A DNA stretch of 64,000 nt from positions 97,854 to 161,853 of the forward strand of contig CALTVC010000008.1 in assembly GCA_943912855.1 (NCBI GenBank). Direction: 5' to 3'. This stretch comes from an uncultured Flavobacterium sp. (GTDB taxonomy: Bacteria; Bacteroidota; Bacteroidia; Flavobacteriales; Flavobacteriaceae). This document shows, in pieces, positions 38,373-50,834 of this stretch (within the stretch, counting starts at the first letter, position 1; the number at the start of each line of letters is the position of its first letter). Both the position numbers and the translations under genes were made by a program. A model generated the notes under the pieces. That model had not been told where the DNA came from, searched no databases, and saw only the letters and a list, made by a program, of their open reading frames with translations.

Positions 38373-39764
38373 TTATCTGAGTTCTTTCTCAAAAGAATCG
38401 CCGAGCAGGTTTGTAAAGGCGTCGCGTACGGTACCGTCAGCATTTAGTATAATGGTACGGTTTATTTTATTAAGTACCCAGCTGTGGCGCAGTTCATCAA
38501 AGTTTGTGGCACGCACCTGGGTTACGCCTATGTGGTCGTATGCCTTCAAGTTTTTCTTCCATTCGGTATCGTTATCTACATTTATGGCTATAAAATCTAT
38601 TTCAGGGTGTTTTTTCTGTAATGCAGATACCTTGTCATATACCTGTTGCAACAATACTCGCGCACAGCCTGTCCAGAAGAAAACTACCGTTTTTCTTTTT
38701 ACATTGTCCTGTATCTTATAAGGTTTGCCATCTATGCCTACTAGAGCTACTTCTGGTAATTTATGCCCCGGAACCAATTCTTTTATGGCTTTAATTTGCC
38801 TGTAAATTTCGTTGTTCGGGTCTTCGTTTGTAGAAAGTTCCTCGTAACGGTTTATAAAACGGCTGTTGTTGGTTACGTTTTGGTCTTCAAGTAAATAAGC
38901 AAACGCTATGTTGTCCAGCACCGTGTTTTTTAGTTCCTGATTACTGAATAGTGAGTCTGCTACATTCAGCTTGTTAAGATTAAACGCTACTGAGTTTTCA
39001 TCGAGCGCATCGTCTTTAAAGGTTTTGTAATACGCCCTGTTGTTTACGAGCGCCAGGCAATACCGTATAAAAGGAGAGAACGAGGTAAGCTTTTTATCTT
39101 TAAGATTTATGTTCTTGCGGTAGCTGTAAAAATCTTTGGGTAGTTTATCCTTAATGTCTTCACCGGTACGACGCGCGTACAGGTAAGGGTAGTATTCGTA
39201 ATAGCCATAGTAGTTCAGCATCAGGCGCTTGTAAGCATAGAAATCAAAATCTTTGCTCCAGCCGGTTTCCTTTTTACGGCTATTGTATAGTGCCTGTCTT
39301 TTAGCGTAGCATGAGTCTATGTAGCGTGTAAATTCGGCAGGTTCTTTACCAAAGATGTCATACGAACTTCGACGGTCGTTGTCTATCATCTGGAAAAGCT
39401 CCATCATAAAGTTGTTTTTCTGTTCGCCACGCCCACTAAACACTATAGAGTTGTCAAAATTTTCCGCGTCTATAGATACTGATATACTGTCGTTTTTTTC
39501 AAAGTAAACATATTGGTAATCAGGTTCGTGTTTAAAGCTATAAATACCGGGGGTTAGAGAATCAAATTTTGCATAAAAATGATTATTCTTATCCAGTTTA
39601 AGTGTATCTATAGGTTTGTTATTCCTGCAAAAAAGCACGTACGGTAGGCGTGGATTTTTTACCTGACCGCTAAAGTATGCCGCATAGCCATCCTCCTTAC
39701 GGCCACAGGCAGCAAGGCATAGCAATAAAAACGGGAGCAATACTTTGGTTCGGGTTAGATACAT
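38373..39764 (-). CDS. Lipoprotein with C-terminal TlpA/thioredoxin-like fold
   Basis: Lipobox 'LAAC'; C-terminal 'G..LPEV.L...VVFFW...FIAINVD...TIILNADG'. Confidence 0.75.
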   Translation of the reverse strand: MYLTRTKVLLPFLLLCLAACGRKEDGYAAYFSGQVKNPRLPYVLFCRNNKPIDTLKLDKNNHFYAKFDSLTPGIYSFKHEPDYQYVYFEKNDSISVSIDAENFDNSIVFSGRGEQKNNFMMELFQMIDNDRRSSYDIFGKEPAEFTRYIDSCYAKRQALYNSRKKETGWSKDFDFYAYKRLMLNYYGYYEYYPYLYARRTGEDIKDKLPKDFYSYRKNINLKDKKLTSFSPFIRYCLALVNNRAYYKTFKDDALDENSVAFNLNKLNVADSLFSNQELKNTVLDNIAFAYLLEDQNVTNNSRFINRYEELSTNEDPNNEIYRQIKAIKELVPGHKLPEVALVGIDGKPYKIQDNVKRKTVVFFWTGCARVLLQQVYDKVSALQKKHPEIDFIAINVDNDTEWKKNLKAYDHIGVTQVRATNFDELRHSWVLNKINRTIILNADGTVRDAFTNLLGDSFEKELR

Positions 39765-39856
39765 TTGAGCTATTGAAAAGCGTAACTACAAAAATATCTT
39801 ATAAAAATCCTAAAGCTGTTAAAGTACAGTTAAAATAAGCATAATGAAGCTTGTAG

Positions 39857-41533
<1,677 letters not shown>

Positions 41534-41598
41534 GCTGCTGAGCCGCTGAGCTACTTAGCTTCTTAGCTTTTTTAAAAAGTAAGAAAATATCGTAAATA

Positions 41599-41636
41599 TA
41601 AAGTCCCGTAAGCACATAGTACTTACGGGACTTTTA
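41599..41636. terminator. Bidirectional terminator
   Basis: AAAGTCCCGTAAG-loop-CTTACGGGACTTT. Confidence 0.85.
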
Positions 41637-41639
41637 TTT

Positions 41640-41703
41640 TTGCTCAGTTGCTCAGTTGCTCAGTTGCTCAGTTGCTCAGTTGCTCAGTTGCTCAGTTGCT
41701 CAG
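41640..41703. repeat. Tandem repeat (TTGCTCAG)x8
   Basis: Eight perfect 8-nt copies; a degenerate complementary arm lies at 41535-41566. Confidence 0.95.
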
Positions 41704-41709
41704 TAACTC

Positions 41710-42798
41710 TTATTTAAAATATGAAAAAGTTTCTCCTTCTTCAATTTTAAGAATTGTTTCGTAGATTAGTTTAATCACGTTTTCCACGTCTTCTTTATGT
41801 ACCATTTCTACGGTTGTGTGCATATAACGTAGTGGCAATGAAATCAGGGCAGAGGCAACACCGCCGTTGCTGTACGCAAAAGCATCGGTATCTGTACCTG
41901 TAACACGGCTCGATGCCAGACGCTGGAACGGAATTTCATTCTTCTCAGCGGTATCTACTATCAGTTCACGTAGTTTGTTTTGTACGGCAGGAGCGTAGGT
42001 AATAACCGGACCTTTGCCTATTTGTGTATCACCTTCAATCTTTTTGTCAATCATAGGTGTGGTGCTGTCGTGGCACACATCGGTAACAATAGCTACGTTA
42101 GGGCGAATGGTTTTGGTAATCATCTCGGCACCACGCAGGCCTACTTCCTCCTGAACAGAGTTTGTAATGTATAAACCGAACGGAAGTGTTTTTCCGTTTT
42201 CTTTAAGCAGGCGCGCTACTTCGGCAATCATAAAGCCACCTATGCGGTTGTCTATGGCACGGCACACAAACTTGTTTTCGTTTAGTACCATAAACTCGTC
42301 CGGGTAGGTAATTACACAACCCACGTGTACACCCAGCTTTTCTACTTCTTCTTTAGTATTACAGCCCAGGTCTATGAACAGGGTTTCTATTTTTACGGCT
42401 TCTTCCTTGCCACGCATGCGGGTGTGTATTGCCGGCCACCCGAAAACACCTTTTACAATACCGTTTTTGGTATGAATGTTTACACGCTTGCTCGGTGCTA
42501 TCATGTGGTCGCTGCCACCGTTTCGTATTACGTATATAAGTCCGTTGTCGCTAATGTAGTTTACGTACCACGAAATCTCATCGCTATGGCCTTCAATCAC
42601 TACTTTATAAGGAGCATCGGGGTTAATAACACCCACCGCGGTACCATAGGTGTCAGTTATAAAAGTATCTACGTACGGCTTCAGGTACTCCATCCATATT
42701 TTTTGGCCTTCGCTTTCGTATCCGGTAGGAGAGGCGTTGTTTAAATATTTCTCCAGAAATGCCATTGAAGCATCATTTAGTACGGTTTTTGCAGACAT
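41710..42798 (-). CDS. M42-family metallopeptidase
   Basis: 'GHSDEI', 'AIDNRIG', 'QEEVGLRGA', 'GTDTD', 'RYMHT'. Confidence 0.93.
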   Translation of the reverse strand: MSAKTVLNDASMAFLEKYLNNASPTGYESEGQKIWMEYLKPYVDTFITDTYGTAVGVINPDAPYKVVIEGHSDEISWYVNYISDNGLIYVIRNGGSDHMIAPSKRVNIHTKNGIVKGVFGWPAIHTRMRGKEEAVKIETLFIDLGCNTKEEVEKLGVHVGCVITYPDEFMVLNENKFVCRAIDNRIGGFMIAEVARLLKENGKTLPFGLYITNSVQEEVGLRGAEMITKTIRPNVAIVTDVCHDSTTPMIDKKIEGDTQIGKGPVITYAPAVQNKLRELIVDTAEKNEIPFQRLASSRVTGTDTDAFAYSNGGVASALISLPLRYMHTTVEMVHKEDVENVIKLIYETILKIEEGETFSYFK

Positions 42799-42879
42799 AA
42801 ATTTAATTTTCCGCTAAAATATAAATAACATAGCAGAGTTGTGTATTATTCGCTACTTTTGAACAGAAATTTTATAACG

Positions 42880-43539
42880 ATGAGAGCGTTTTTTTTCGCC
42901 TGTTTCCTTAGCCTTTTTACCACATGGGGGGCATTTTCGCAGATAACCGAGCGCGACAGTATCGCCGCAGATTCTATTGTGTTTACCACACAGTTACAGG
43001 AGCTGGTTATTTCTAATGTAAAGGATTCTATTTCTGATGACGATAAAAAATTGTTATTGGCACTAAGACGACGTGTGCTTAAGGTGTACCCGTATGCCAA
43101 GATAGCTGCTGAACGCCTTACCATGCTTAACGATAATATGGCGCGCCTGAAAACCGATAAGGAAAAGAAGAAATACTCTAAGATGGTGCAAAAGTACCTT
43201 CAGGAAGAATTTGAAGGACAACTAAAAAAACTATCGCGAAAGGAAGGACAGATATTGGTAAAACTGATTTACAGGCAAACCGGTAAAACTACGTTTGACC
43301 TTATTAAGGAGCAAAAAAGTGGCTGGAAGGCTTTTTGGAGCAACCGCATGGCTCACTTGTTTAGCATAGACCTTAAAAGGGAATATACCCCGGCTAATGA
43401 TGCGGAGGATTTTATGATTGAAGGCTTTTTGCTCAAAGCATTTGAAGAACGTCGACTTGTACGACAAGAACCCGCCTTTACCATAGACTACACTGCCATA
43501 CGACGCGAATGGAAAAAGCGTAACGCTAATAAAGAATAA
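42880..43539 (+). CDS. DUF4294-family exported protein
   Basis: 'KVYPYAK...KKLSRKEGQILVKLIYRQTG'; start reset to ATG 42880. Confidence 0.85.
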   Translation: MRAFFFACFLSLFTTWGAFSQITERDSIAADSIVFTTQLQELVISNVKDSISDDDKKLLLALRRRVLKVYPYAKIAAERLTMLNDNMARLKTDKEKKKYSKMVQKYLQEEFEGQLKKLSRKEGQILVKLIYRQTGKTTFDLIKEQKSGWKAFWSNRMAHLFSIDLKREYTPANDAEDFMIEGFLLKAFEERRLVRQEPAFTIDYTAIRREWKKRNANKE

Positions 43540-43555
43540 CACCAAAATTATAATA

Positions 43556-43593
43556 AACAAAAAAGCAACTTTATTAAAAGTTGCTTTTTTGTT
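43556..43593. terminator. Bidirectional terminator
   Basis: AACAAAAAAGCAACTTT...AAAGTTGCTTTTTTGTT. Confidence 0.8.
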
Positions 43594-44276
43594 TATAGCT
43601 TAAACGTAAAACCGTCAGATACTTTGTTGTTGTACTTTTCCTGGTCAAACGTGTAGAGGAATGACCCCTTGCGTGAAGAATTCATGTCTTTTTCTTCAGT
43701 TTTAACCAAAATGTCGAGTCCGTTTATTTTATTGATGAAGTTTCGCTTATCGAGCTTTTCGCCAAGAATGGCTTCATAAAGCGTTTGTAGCTGTTTCATG
43801 GTAAACTTTTCGGGCAGTAGCTCAAAGCCCACCGGTTTGGTGGAAGCACGGTAGCGCAGACGACTCAGGGCATAAGCTACCATTACATTGTGGTCGAAGA
43901 TAAGGCTTGGAAATTCATTAATGTCAAACCATTCTGCAGAGAAGTTAGAATTTATCTCGGTGTGCTCTGTAATATTAATCAGGGCATAGTATGCTACAGA
44001 AACCGTACGTGCTACGGGGTCCCTGTCAGGGTCGCTGTAGCCGCGCAACTGCTCCAGGTATACATTATTAAGACCTGTAAGATGGTTCAGTACCCTATTT
44101 GCGGCATTGTCCATGTTTTCATCGGGTCTTAGGAAACCTCCCATAAGCGACCATTTTCCCTTTTCGGGTTCAAAATCCCTTTTTATTAAAAGTAGTTTAA
44201 GCTGCTTTTTATCGAAGCCGAATATAATGCAGTCTACTGCTAAAAGTACCTTTTCGTGGTCGTTATAACTGTTCAT
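43593..44276 (-). CDS. araR: NrtR-family (Nudix + winged helix) regulator, AraR-like
   Basis: 'AVDCIIFGF...WSLMGGF...LEQL', 'FELLPEKFTMKQLQTLYEAILG..LDKRNF'; divergent from the arabinan locus. Confidence 0.85.
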   Translation of the reverse strand: MNSYNDHEKVLLAVDCIIFGFDKKQLKLLLIKRDFEPEKGKWSLMGGFLRPDENMDNAANRVLNHLTGLNNVYLEQLRGYSDPDRDPVARTVSVAYYALINITEHTEINSNFSAEWFDINEFPSLIFDHNVMVAYALSRLRYRASTKPVGFELLPEKFTMKQLQTLYEAILGEKLDKRNFINKINGLDILVKTEEKDMNSSRKGSFLYTFDQEKYNNKVSDGFTFKL

Positions 44277-44433
44277 AATTGGTCTGTGAATTGGGTGCAA
44301 GTTACTAAAGATTGAAAATATATTGCAAGAATATTGAAATTATGATATAAAACTACAATTTTCACCGAGAACGATGTAGTATTATGTGGTTGTTAGTTTA
44401 TTAAAATAAATTTTAAAAAAAGTTAAAAAAATA

Positions 44434-44492
44434 TTTGCTTTTTTATGTAATCTTTAATTACATTTGGAAGTGTAAAAAATACATTTATTAAA
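44434..44492 (+). promoter_or_regulatory. susC promoter with AraR-like operator
   Basis: TTTG (44434-44437), TACATTTG (44459-44466), operator AAGTGTAAAAAATACATTTATTAAA (44468-44492). Confidence 0.75.
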
Positions 44493-44511
44493 CAAACCAA
44501 ATTTTAATTTT

Positions 44512-47500
44512 ATGATGGCATTAACCACATTATTAAAAGACGCTGCCAGGGGGCTCATCAAAAGCAGGCTTGCAGGCTTCATGCTTTTGCTCTTTAGCGT
44601 TCTCTCTGCCTCTGCGCAGGTAAACGTTAGCGGTACGGTAACTTCGTCTGAAGACGGCCTTGGCTTGCCTATGGCTTCCGTAACTGTAAAGGGAACTTCA
44701 AACAGTGTGTCTACAGACCTTGATGGTAAATTTCTTATCAAGGCTAACGCAAACGATGTATTAGTTTTTACGTACGTTGGGTTTGCATCACAGGAAATCG
44801 CGGTGGGCAACAAGACCGTGATAGACGTAAAGCTTTCTACATCGGCTACGCAGCTGGATGATGTAGTAGTTATTGGTTACGGAACCGCTAAAAAATCCGA
44901 CCTTACAGGTTCTGTAGGGGTAGTTAAAGTAGAAGACGCCAAAAAAACCGTAACCTACGACGTAGCCAAGCAGCTACAGGGGCAGGTAGCGGGTGTTACT
45001 GTGCAGTCTTCGGGAGAGCCGGGAGGTTTTGTAAACATCAAAATCCGTGGGATATCTTCGTTCAACAACAATAACCCATTGTTTGTTATAGACGGTATGA
45101 TTACTGATTCTCCTTTTGACTTTGCGCCGGGCGAAATAGAATCGATGCAGGTATTAAAGGATGCGTCTTCGGCGGCTATTTACGGCGTTCGTGGCGCAAA
45201 CGGTGTAGTAATTATTACTACTAAAAAAGGTAAGGCGGGTAAAACCAGTGTAAGCTATAAGGCGTATACAGGTTTCCAAAACGTATCTAAAAGAATCCCG
45301 GTTACAAACAGGGTACAGTACCAGCAAATCAGTACCGCGTCTTTAGTTAACGCAGGTGAACCTCTAATTCCGGGTAACGACCCTAGCAGTCCGTACTATA
45401 TTAATAATGTAGATACTAACTGGCAAGATGCAGCTTACCGTACAGGTAGGGTAGAAAACCAGTCGTTAACTTTTACTGGCGGAGCCGAAAGTATGAACTA
45501 CAGCGTAAACGTAGACTACTTTAAAAACACAAGTTATCTTAAAGTGCCACAGGCTTACGAGCGTTATGCTACTACGGTTAACGTAGGTGGTCAAAAAGGT
45601 AAATTTAAATATGGTGTTAAACTGGGCTATACTGATTCTGGTAAAGATAACTTTACATCATATAATGGTGAGTCTACCATTACTACACTATTACAGGGTA
45701 TTCCTACCATGCCAGTATATGATCCTAACAGGCTGGGTGGTTACGGTGGTACAGATAACGGTACCCAAAGAGCTATTATCCTTAACGTTATAGGATGGAA
45801 CAACCTTGTAAACAGCGACTCTAACAGAAACCGTTTTATAGGTAACGTTTGGGGCGAACTTGAAATAGTAAAAGGTCTTAAATATACTACAAGGATTACC
45901 GCTGACCAGATGAATCTTAAAAACAGGATTTATGTACCGCAGAGTGATTTAGGATGGTATTATGTTACTACAAAAGCAGAAGCACAGCTAGACGTTAACC
46001 AAACAAAAAATACCAGGACTATTGTAGATAACCTTATTAACTATGATATCAACTTCGGTAAGCACCACGTAGACGCTATGGCGGGTATGGTTATGGAAGA
46101 CTGGACAGATGAGTTTATGTGGAGCCGTGGTAAAGGATACGACTATAACGAAATCGCGCAGATACAATATGCCGATGACATTTCGGGAGGTGAGAACTTT
46201 TCTAGGGAAACCAGGAAATCATTACTGGGCAGGATTAACTATAGCTATAACGATACTTATTTCCTAACGGGTAACTTCCGTCAGGATAAGTCATCTAAAT
46301 TCGCACCAAAAAATGATACAGGTAACTACTATTCAGTATCAGGCGCTTACAAAATCAGTAACGATGTTAAACTACCCGATTGGTGGGATAGTTTTAAAGT
46401 AAGAGGTGGTTATGGTCTTCTTGGTAACAATACTATAGGTAACTACGACTATTCTGCTGTAGTAAACCCATTTGCAAGCTACACATTTAATAATCCTCTT
46501 TCTCCACTTGCGCCGGGTACTACTGTAGTAGATCTTAAAGACCCTAACATTAAGTGGGAAGATACCACTACTATTAATGCTGCATTAGAGTTTGCCATGT
46601 TTAAAAACAAACTTCAGTTTAGTGCAGAGTACTTTGTAAGGACATCAGATGACATTCTTGCTGGTCAGCCTATACCATATTCTACAGGTGCTTTCCCTAC
46701 AACCATACGTACTAACGTAGGTAAAATGAGAAATCAGGGATTTGAATTTACAGTAAGTTACGCTAACCATGACCATGACATTAAATGGGATGTAAATGCT
46801 AATCTTGGTACCCTAAAAAACAAAGTACTTAAAATTTCTAACGACGGACTTCCGCTATATGGTAATGCTTCTATTACAGAAGTAGGTTACAGTGCCGGTG
46901 ATTTGTTTGCCTATGTTGCAGAAGGTATTTTCCAGAATGCAGAGGAAATAGCAAACCACGCTACACAGTTAGGGGCTCAGCCTGGTGATGTGAAGTTTAA
47001 AGATGTTAACGGTGACGGACAAATAAGCAGTGCAGACCGTACACACCTAGGTACATCTATACCTAAATATAACTACGGTTTTAACTTTAATGCCAGCTAT
47101 AAAAACTTTGATTTTTCTATGTTCTGGCAAGGACAGGGAGGTAATAAAGTGTTTAATGGTATGTATGCCGCGCTTATGCAAGGAAACATCCTTAACCACC
47201 ACAGGGATGAACTTAATTACTGGACTCCTGATAATACAAATACAAATGTACCTCGCCCTACATTTACAGACATCAACCAAAACAACAGAGAGTCTACCCG
47301 TTTCATACAAAAAGGTGACTATCTAAGACTTCAAAACCTGCAACTGGGCTACAATGTACCTATGGAAAACAACAAGTTCATAGAAAAAGTACGCTTGTTT
47401 GCTCAGGGCTCTAACCTGTTAACCATTACTCCTTATAAAGGAATGGATCCTGATTTTATGAATGACGGTTTCCTTTCAAGAGGTTTTGATGGAGGATCGT

Positions 47501-47547
47501 TCCCTAACCCACGTACATTCTCTTTTGGTATTGAAGCAACGTTTTAA
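44512..47547 (+). CDS. susC: SusC-like TonB-dependent transporter
   Basis: 'VVVIGYGT', 'NPLFVIDG', 'VLKDASSAAIYGVRGANGVVIITTKKG', C-terminal Phe. Confidence 0.97.
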   Translation: MMALTTLLKDAARGLIKSRLAGFMLLLFSVLSASAQVNVSGTVTSSEDGLGLPMASVTVKGTSNSVSTDLDGKFLIKANANDVLVFTYVGFASQEIAVGNKTVIDVKLSTSATQLDDVVVIGYGTAKKSDLTGSVGVVKVEDAKKTVTYDVAKQLQGQVAGVTVQSSGEPGGFVNIKIRGISSFNNNNPLFVIDGMITDSPFDFAPGEIESMQVLKDASSAAIYGVRGANGVVIITTKKGKAGKTSVSYKAYTGFQNVSKRIPVTNRVQYQQISTASLVNAGEPLIPGNDPSSPYYINNVDTNWQDAAYRTGRVENQSLTFTGGAESMNYSVNVDYFKNTSYLKVPQAYERYATTVNVGGQKGKFKYGVKLGYTDSGKDNFTSYNGESTITTLLQGIPTMPVYDPNRLGGYGGTDNGTQRAIILNVIGWNNLVNSDSNRNRFIGNVWGELEIVKGLKYTTRITADQMNLKNRIYVPQSDLGWYYVTTKAEAQLDVNQTKNTRTIVDNLINYDINFGKHHVDAMAGMVMEDWTDEFMWSRGKGYDYNEIAQIQYADDISGGENFSRETRKSLLGRINYSYNDTYFLTGNFRQDKSSKFAPKNDTGNYYSVSGAYKISNDVKLPDWWDSFKVRGGYGLLGNNTIGNYDYSAVVNPFASYTFNNPLSPLAPGTTVVDLKDPNIKWEDTTTINAALEFAMFKNKLQFSAEYFVRTSDDILAGQPIPYSTGAFPTTIRTNVGKMRNQGFEFTVSYANHDHDIKWDVNANLGTLKNKVLKISNDGLPLYGNASITEVGYSAGDLFAYVAEGIFQNAEEIANHATQLGAQPGDVKFKDVNGDGQISSADRTHLGTSIPKYNYGFNFNASYKNFDFSMFWQGQGGNKVFNGMYAALMQGNILNHHRDELNYWTPDNTNTNVPRPTFTDINQNNRESTRFIQKGDYLRLQNLQLGYNVPMENNKFIEKVRLFAQGSNLLTITPYKGMDPDFMNDGFLSRGFDGGSFPNPRTFSFGIEATF

Positions 47548-47564
47548 AAAAATATGAAAAAGTC

Positions 47565-49130
47565 ATGAAAAATATATTTACTCTCAAAAGAACACTTATC
47601 ATACCGGCACTGGCACTTACGCTAACCGGATGTGTAAAAGATGATGAGTTACATCAGGTAGACCCTAACTTTGATAGTGCTGCCAGTTTCTGGAAAACAG
47701 AAGACGACGCCATGAAAGGTGTAAATGCAGTATATGCCAGCCTTATTACAGATGGTACTTACATGAGGAGCACACCTTTGTTACTGGATACTAAAGCAGA
47801 CGATGCCCGTACAAACAGTCCGTGGAATTCTATGGCAAACGTGGGCAGGTTTAATACTAACATTGCCGATCCTGCTATTTACGGTTGGGCTTTTGAAACC
47901 TATTATCAGGGTATTTACCGTGCTAACCAGGTATTAGACCATGTACCGGCAATAGAATTTGCCGACGAAGATTACAAGAACAGGCTACTGGGGCAAGCAT
48001 ATTTCTTAAGAGGATTATACCTTTTCCATCTTGCCAACATGTTTAAAAACGTGCCTGTTCCGGTAACAACATCGGAGGTTTACCATCCTCAAAAACAACA
48101 GGATGAAGTATGGGCACAGGTTAAAGAAGACCTTGCTAAAGCTGCAGAATTACTTCCTGTAGCCTACAATACGGTTACTGGTGTAGATAAAGAAGATAAA
48201 GGTAGAGCTACAAAAGGTGCAGCTCTTGCTTACTTGGGCAAAGCGCAGTTGTTTACTTATGATTATGCAGGTGCCAAAGCTTCTTTTGAAAGCGTAATGA
48301 ACCTTGGCATATACTCTCTTGTATCTAATTATAAAGACAACTTTACTACGGCTAATGAAAACAACTCTGAGTCTATTTTCGAGGTGCAGTTTAGCCGTGA
48401 GGCAGGTGGTGTTATACTAGGCTGGGGTGGTGCTCCGGGTTCTGACTGGGGTAAAACAAGTGCCCGCGCCATTACCTACGCTCCACGTAAGTTTGGTTTT
48501 ACAGATGTACAGCCTACATGGACATTGTTTAATGAGTACCAGCAGGAAGCCACCGTTACAGGTGAGGTAGACCCAAGGCTTGATGTTACCATTATTTACA
48601 ACAAGCCGGGTATGATGCTTTACGGACAATCGTTCCAGGCTGCTTATGCCAATAGTGTAGCAGACCTTAACGACATTTTCTGGAGAAAATACCAGAATGC
48701 CGATGGCGATTTTGTTGATGAAAATGACTGGAGGAGCGGTATAAACGAGCGTCTTTTCCGTTATGCCGATGTATTGCTTATGTATGCGGAGTGTCTTAAT
48801 GAACTGGGACAAACTTCTCAGTCTTATTCTTACATACAGCAAGTACGTAATCGTGTAAACCTTCCTGATCTGGAAACAGCTAAGCCAAATATGACTACAG
48901 CTCAGATGAGAGATCAGATAGCGCATGAGCGTTTCCTTGAGTTCTCTGCAGAAGGCCACCGTTTTGATGACATTCGTCGTTGGGGATGGCTTCGTGATGC
49001 TACAAAACTTGCATGGCTAAAATCACGCGATGCCGAGTTTAATACCTATCAGCCGGGTAGGGAGTATTTCCCTATTCCTCAGCAGGAAATGGACAACAAC
49101 CCTGGTACTGTACAAAACGACAGTTACTAA
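47565..49130 (+). CDS. susD: SusD-like glycan-binding lipoprotein
   Basis: Lipobox 'LTGC', 'GQAYFLRG', 'RYADVLLMYAE', 'ERFLEFSAEGHRFDDIRRW', 'PIPQQE'. Confidence 0.96.
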   Translation: MKNIFTLKRTLIIPALALTLTGCVKDDELHQVDPNFDSAASFWKTEDDAMKGVNAVYASLITDGTYMRSTPLLLDTKADDARTNSPWNSMANVGRFNTNIADPAIYGWAFETYYQGIYRANQVLDHVPAIEFADEDYKNRLLGQAYFLRGLYLFHLANMFKNVPVPVTTSEVYHPQKQQDEVWAQVKEDLAKAAELLPVAYNTVTGVDKEDKGRATKGAALAYLGKAQLFTYDYAGAKASFESVMNLGIYSLVSNYKDNFTTANENNSESIFEVQFSREAGGVILGWGGAPGSDWGKTSARAITYAPRKFGFTDVQPTWTLFNEYQQEATVTGEVDPRLDVTIIYNKPGMMLYGQSFQAAYANSVADLNDIFWRKYQNADGDFVDENDWRSGINERLFRYADVLLMYAECLNELGQTSQSYSYIQQVRNRVNLPDLETAKPNMTTAQMRDQIAHERFLEFSAEGHRFDDIRRWGWLRDATKLAWLKSRDAEFNTYQPGREYFPIPQQEMDNNPGTVQNDSY

Positions 49131-49234
49131 TAATTTTTCAGTATAAATGCCGTGCGGCGGGTATGTGAGGGCCCGCCGTATTGGCATTAATAAAAAAGCC
49201 AAATATTTCAACTCAATAAAAAACTTCACTCTTT

Positions 49235-50791
49235 ATGGGCAAACAAAACAAAATCTTTACCGCGTTATTTTTTACGGCATCGTCATTACTGCCTGCAAGC
49301 ATGCTGGCACAGCAAAAATCTACCGTAACGGTAACAGCAAAGGCAGATGCACCTACGATTAACAAGCACATTTACGGACATTTTTCAGAACACCTGGGAC
49401 GATGCATTTATGATGGTTTTTATGTAGGCGAAAACAGTAAGATACCTAATACACGTGGCGTAAGGAACGACATCATTGCGGCACTAAAAGAACTTGGCAT
49501 ACCTAACCTGCGCTGGCCGGGTGGTTGTTTTGCCGATACCTACCACTGGAAAGACGGTATCGGGCCAAAGAACCAAAGGCCTACCATAGTAAACCAATGG
49601 TGGGGCGGTGTTACCGAAGACAACAGTTTTGGTACGCATGATTTTCTTGACCTGTGTGAAACCCTGGGTACAGAACCGTACCTTGCCGCTAACGTAGGTA
49701 GTGGTACCGTACAGGAATTTGCCGAATGGGTACAGTATGTAAACCATAGTGGCAAAAGCCCTATGAGCGACCTGCGTAAAAAGAACAACCGCGATACTCC
49801 ATGGGGTGTAAAGATTTGGGGTGTAGGTAACGAAATGTGGGGTTGTGGTGGTAACATGACACCAGAATATTATGCAAACCTGTACAGGCAGTACTCTACA
49901 TTTATGGGCGACTGGTCTAACAGCGGAAAACTGTTCCGTATAGCATCTGGAGCTAACGTGGCAGATTACCACTGGACAGAAGTGCTTATGCGCGATATTC
50001 CGAGGAGCCTTATAGAAGGTGTGGCGCTACACTCTTACTCGTTTGTTAAGTGGGAGAAAAAAGGTTCGCCTACTAAGTTTGACGAGAAACAATATTTCGA
50101 AACCATGAAAACAGCCCTTCTTATGGAGGAACTTGTAACCAAGCACTCTGAAATCATGGACAAATACGACCCTGAAAAGAAAACTGCGCTTATCGTAGAC
50201 GAGTGGGGCGGATGGTATGATGTAGAGGAAGGCACAAACCCAGGCTTCCTGTATCAGCAAAACACCATGCGCGATGCGATGATAGCAGGTACTACGCTAA
50301 ACATATTTAATAACCACAGCGACCGTGTGCGTATGGCTAACCTTGCCCAGACGGTAAACGTGCTACAGGCGGTTATCCTTACAAAAGGTGACCAGATGCT
50401 GCTTACACCTACATACCACGTTATGCACCTGTACAAAGTACACCAGGATGCAAAACTACTACCGGTAAAAGTAGATACACCACAGTATAAAAACGGTACT
50501 GAGTCGCTTCCTGCAATATCGGCATCGGCATCGGTAAAAGACGGTAAAACCCACATATCATTGGTAAACATCCATTCTACAGATAAAGTAGCTACAGATA
50601 TCAGCCTTGAAGGGGTAAATATTAAAGATTTTACAGCTAAAATCATCACTTCGGGTAAAATCCAGGATTTCAACTCATTTGAAAAACCTAATGCCATTAC
50701 CCCGAAAGATTTTAAAGATTTCAAATACAAAAAAGGAGTACTTAGCGTAACTCTTCCTCCGTTCTCGGTTGTAGTATTTGAATCGAAATAA
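49235..50791 (+). CDS. GH51 alpha-L-arabinofuranosidase
   Basis: '[13 protein letters not shown]', 'RWPGGCFAD', 'GNEMWGCGG', 'VDEWG', '[12 protein letters not shown]'. Confidence 0.95.
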   Translation: MGKQNKIFTALFFTASSLLPASMLAQQKSTVTVTAKADAPTINKHIYGHFSEHLGRCIYDGFYVGENSKIPNTRGVRNDIIAALKELGIPNLRWPGGCFADTYHWKDGIGPKNQRPTIVNQWWGGVTEDNSFGTHDFLDLCETLGTEPYLAANVGSGTVQEFAEWVQYVNHSGKSPMSDLRKKNNRDTPWGVKIWGVGNEMWGCGGNMTPEYYANLYRQYSTFMGDWSNSGKLFRIASGANVADYHWTEVLMRDIPRSLIEGVALHSYSFVKWEKKGSPTKFDEKQYFETMKTALLMEELVTKHSEIMDKYDPEKKTALIVDEWGGWYDVEEGTNPGFLYQQNTMRDAMIAGTTLNIFNNHSDRVRMANLAQTVNVLQAVILTKGDQMLLTPTYHVMHLYKVHQDAKLLPVKVDTPQYKNGTESLPAISASASVKDGKTHISLVNIHSTDKVATDISLEGVNIKDFTAKIITSGKIQDFNSFEKPNAITPKDFKDFKYKKGVLSVTLPPFSVVVFESK

Positions 50792-50834
50792 CGACAACCT
50801 GTGGTTGCACCCAAATTTTTAAAATAACCAAACT

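Noticed and set aside
41640..41703. Possible CRISPR array
   Set aside because: The 8-nt units are contiguous with no spacers, and no cas genes are present.
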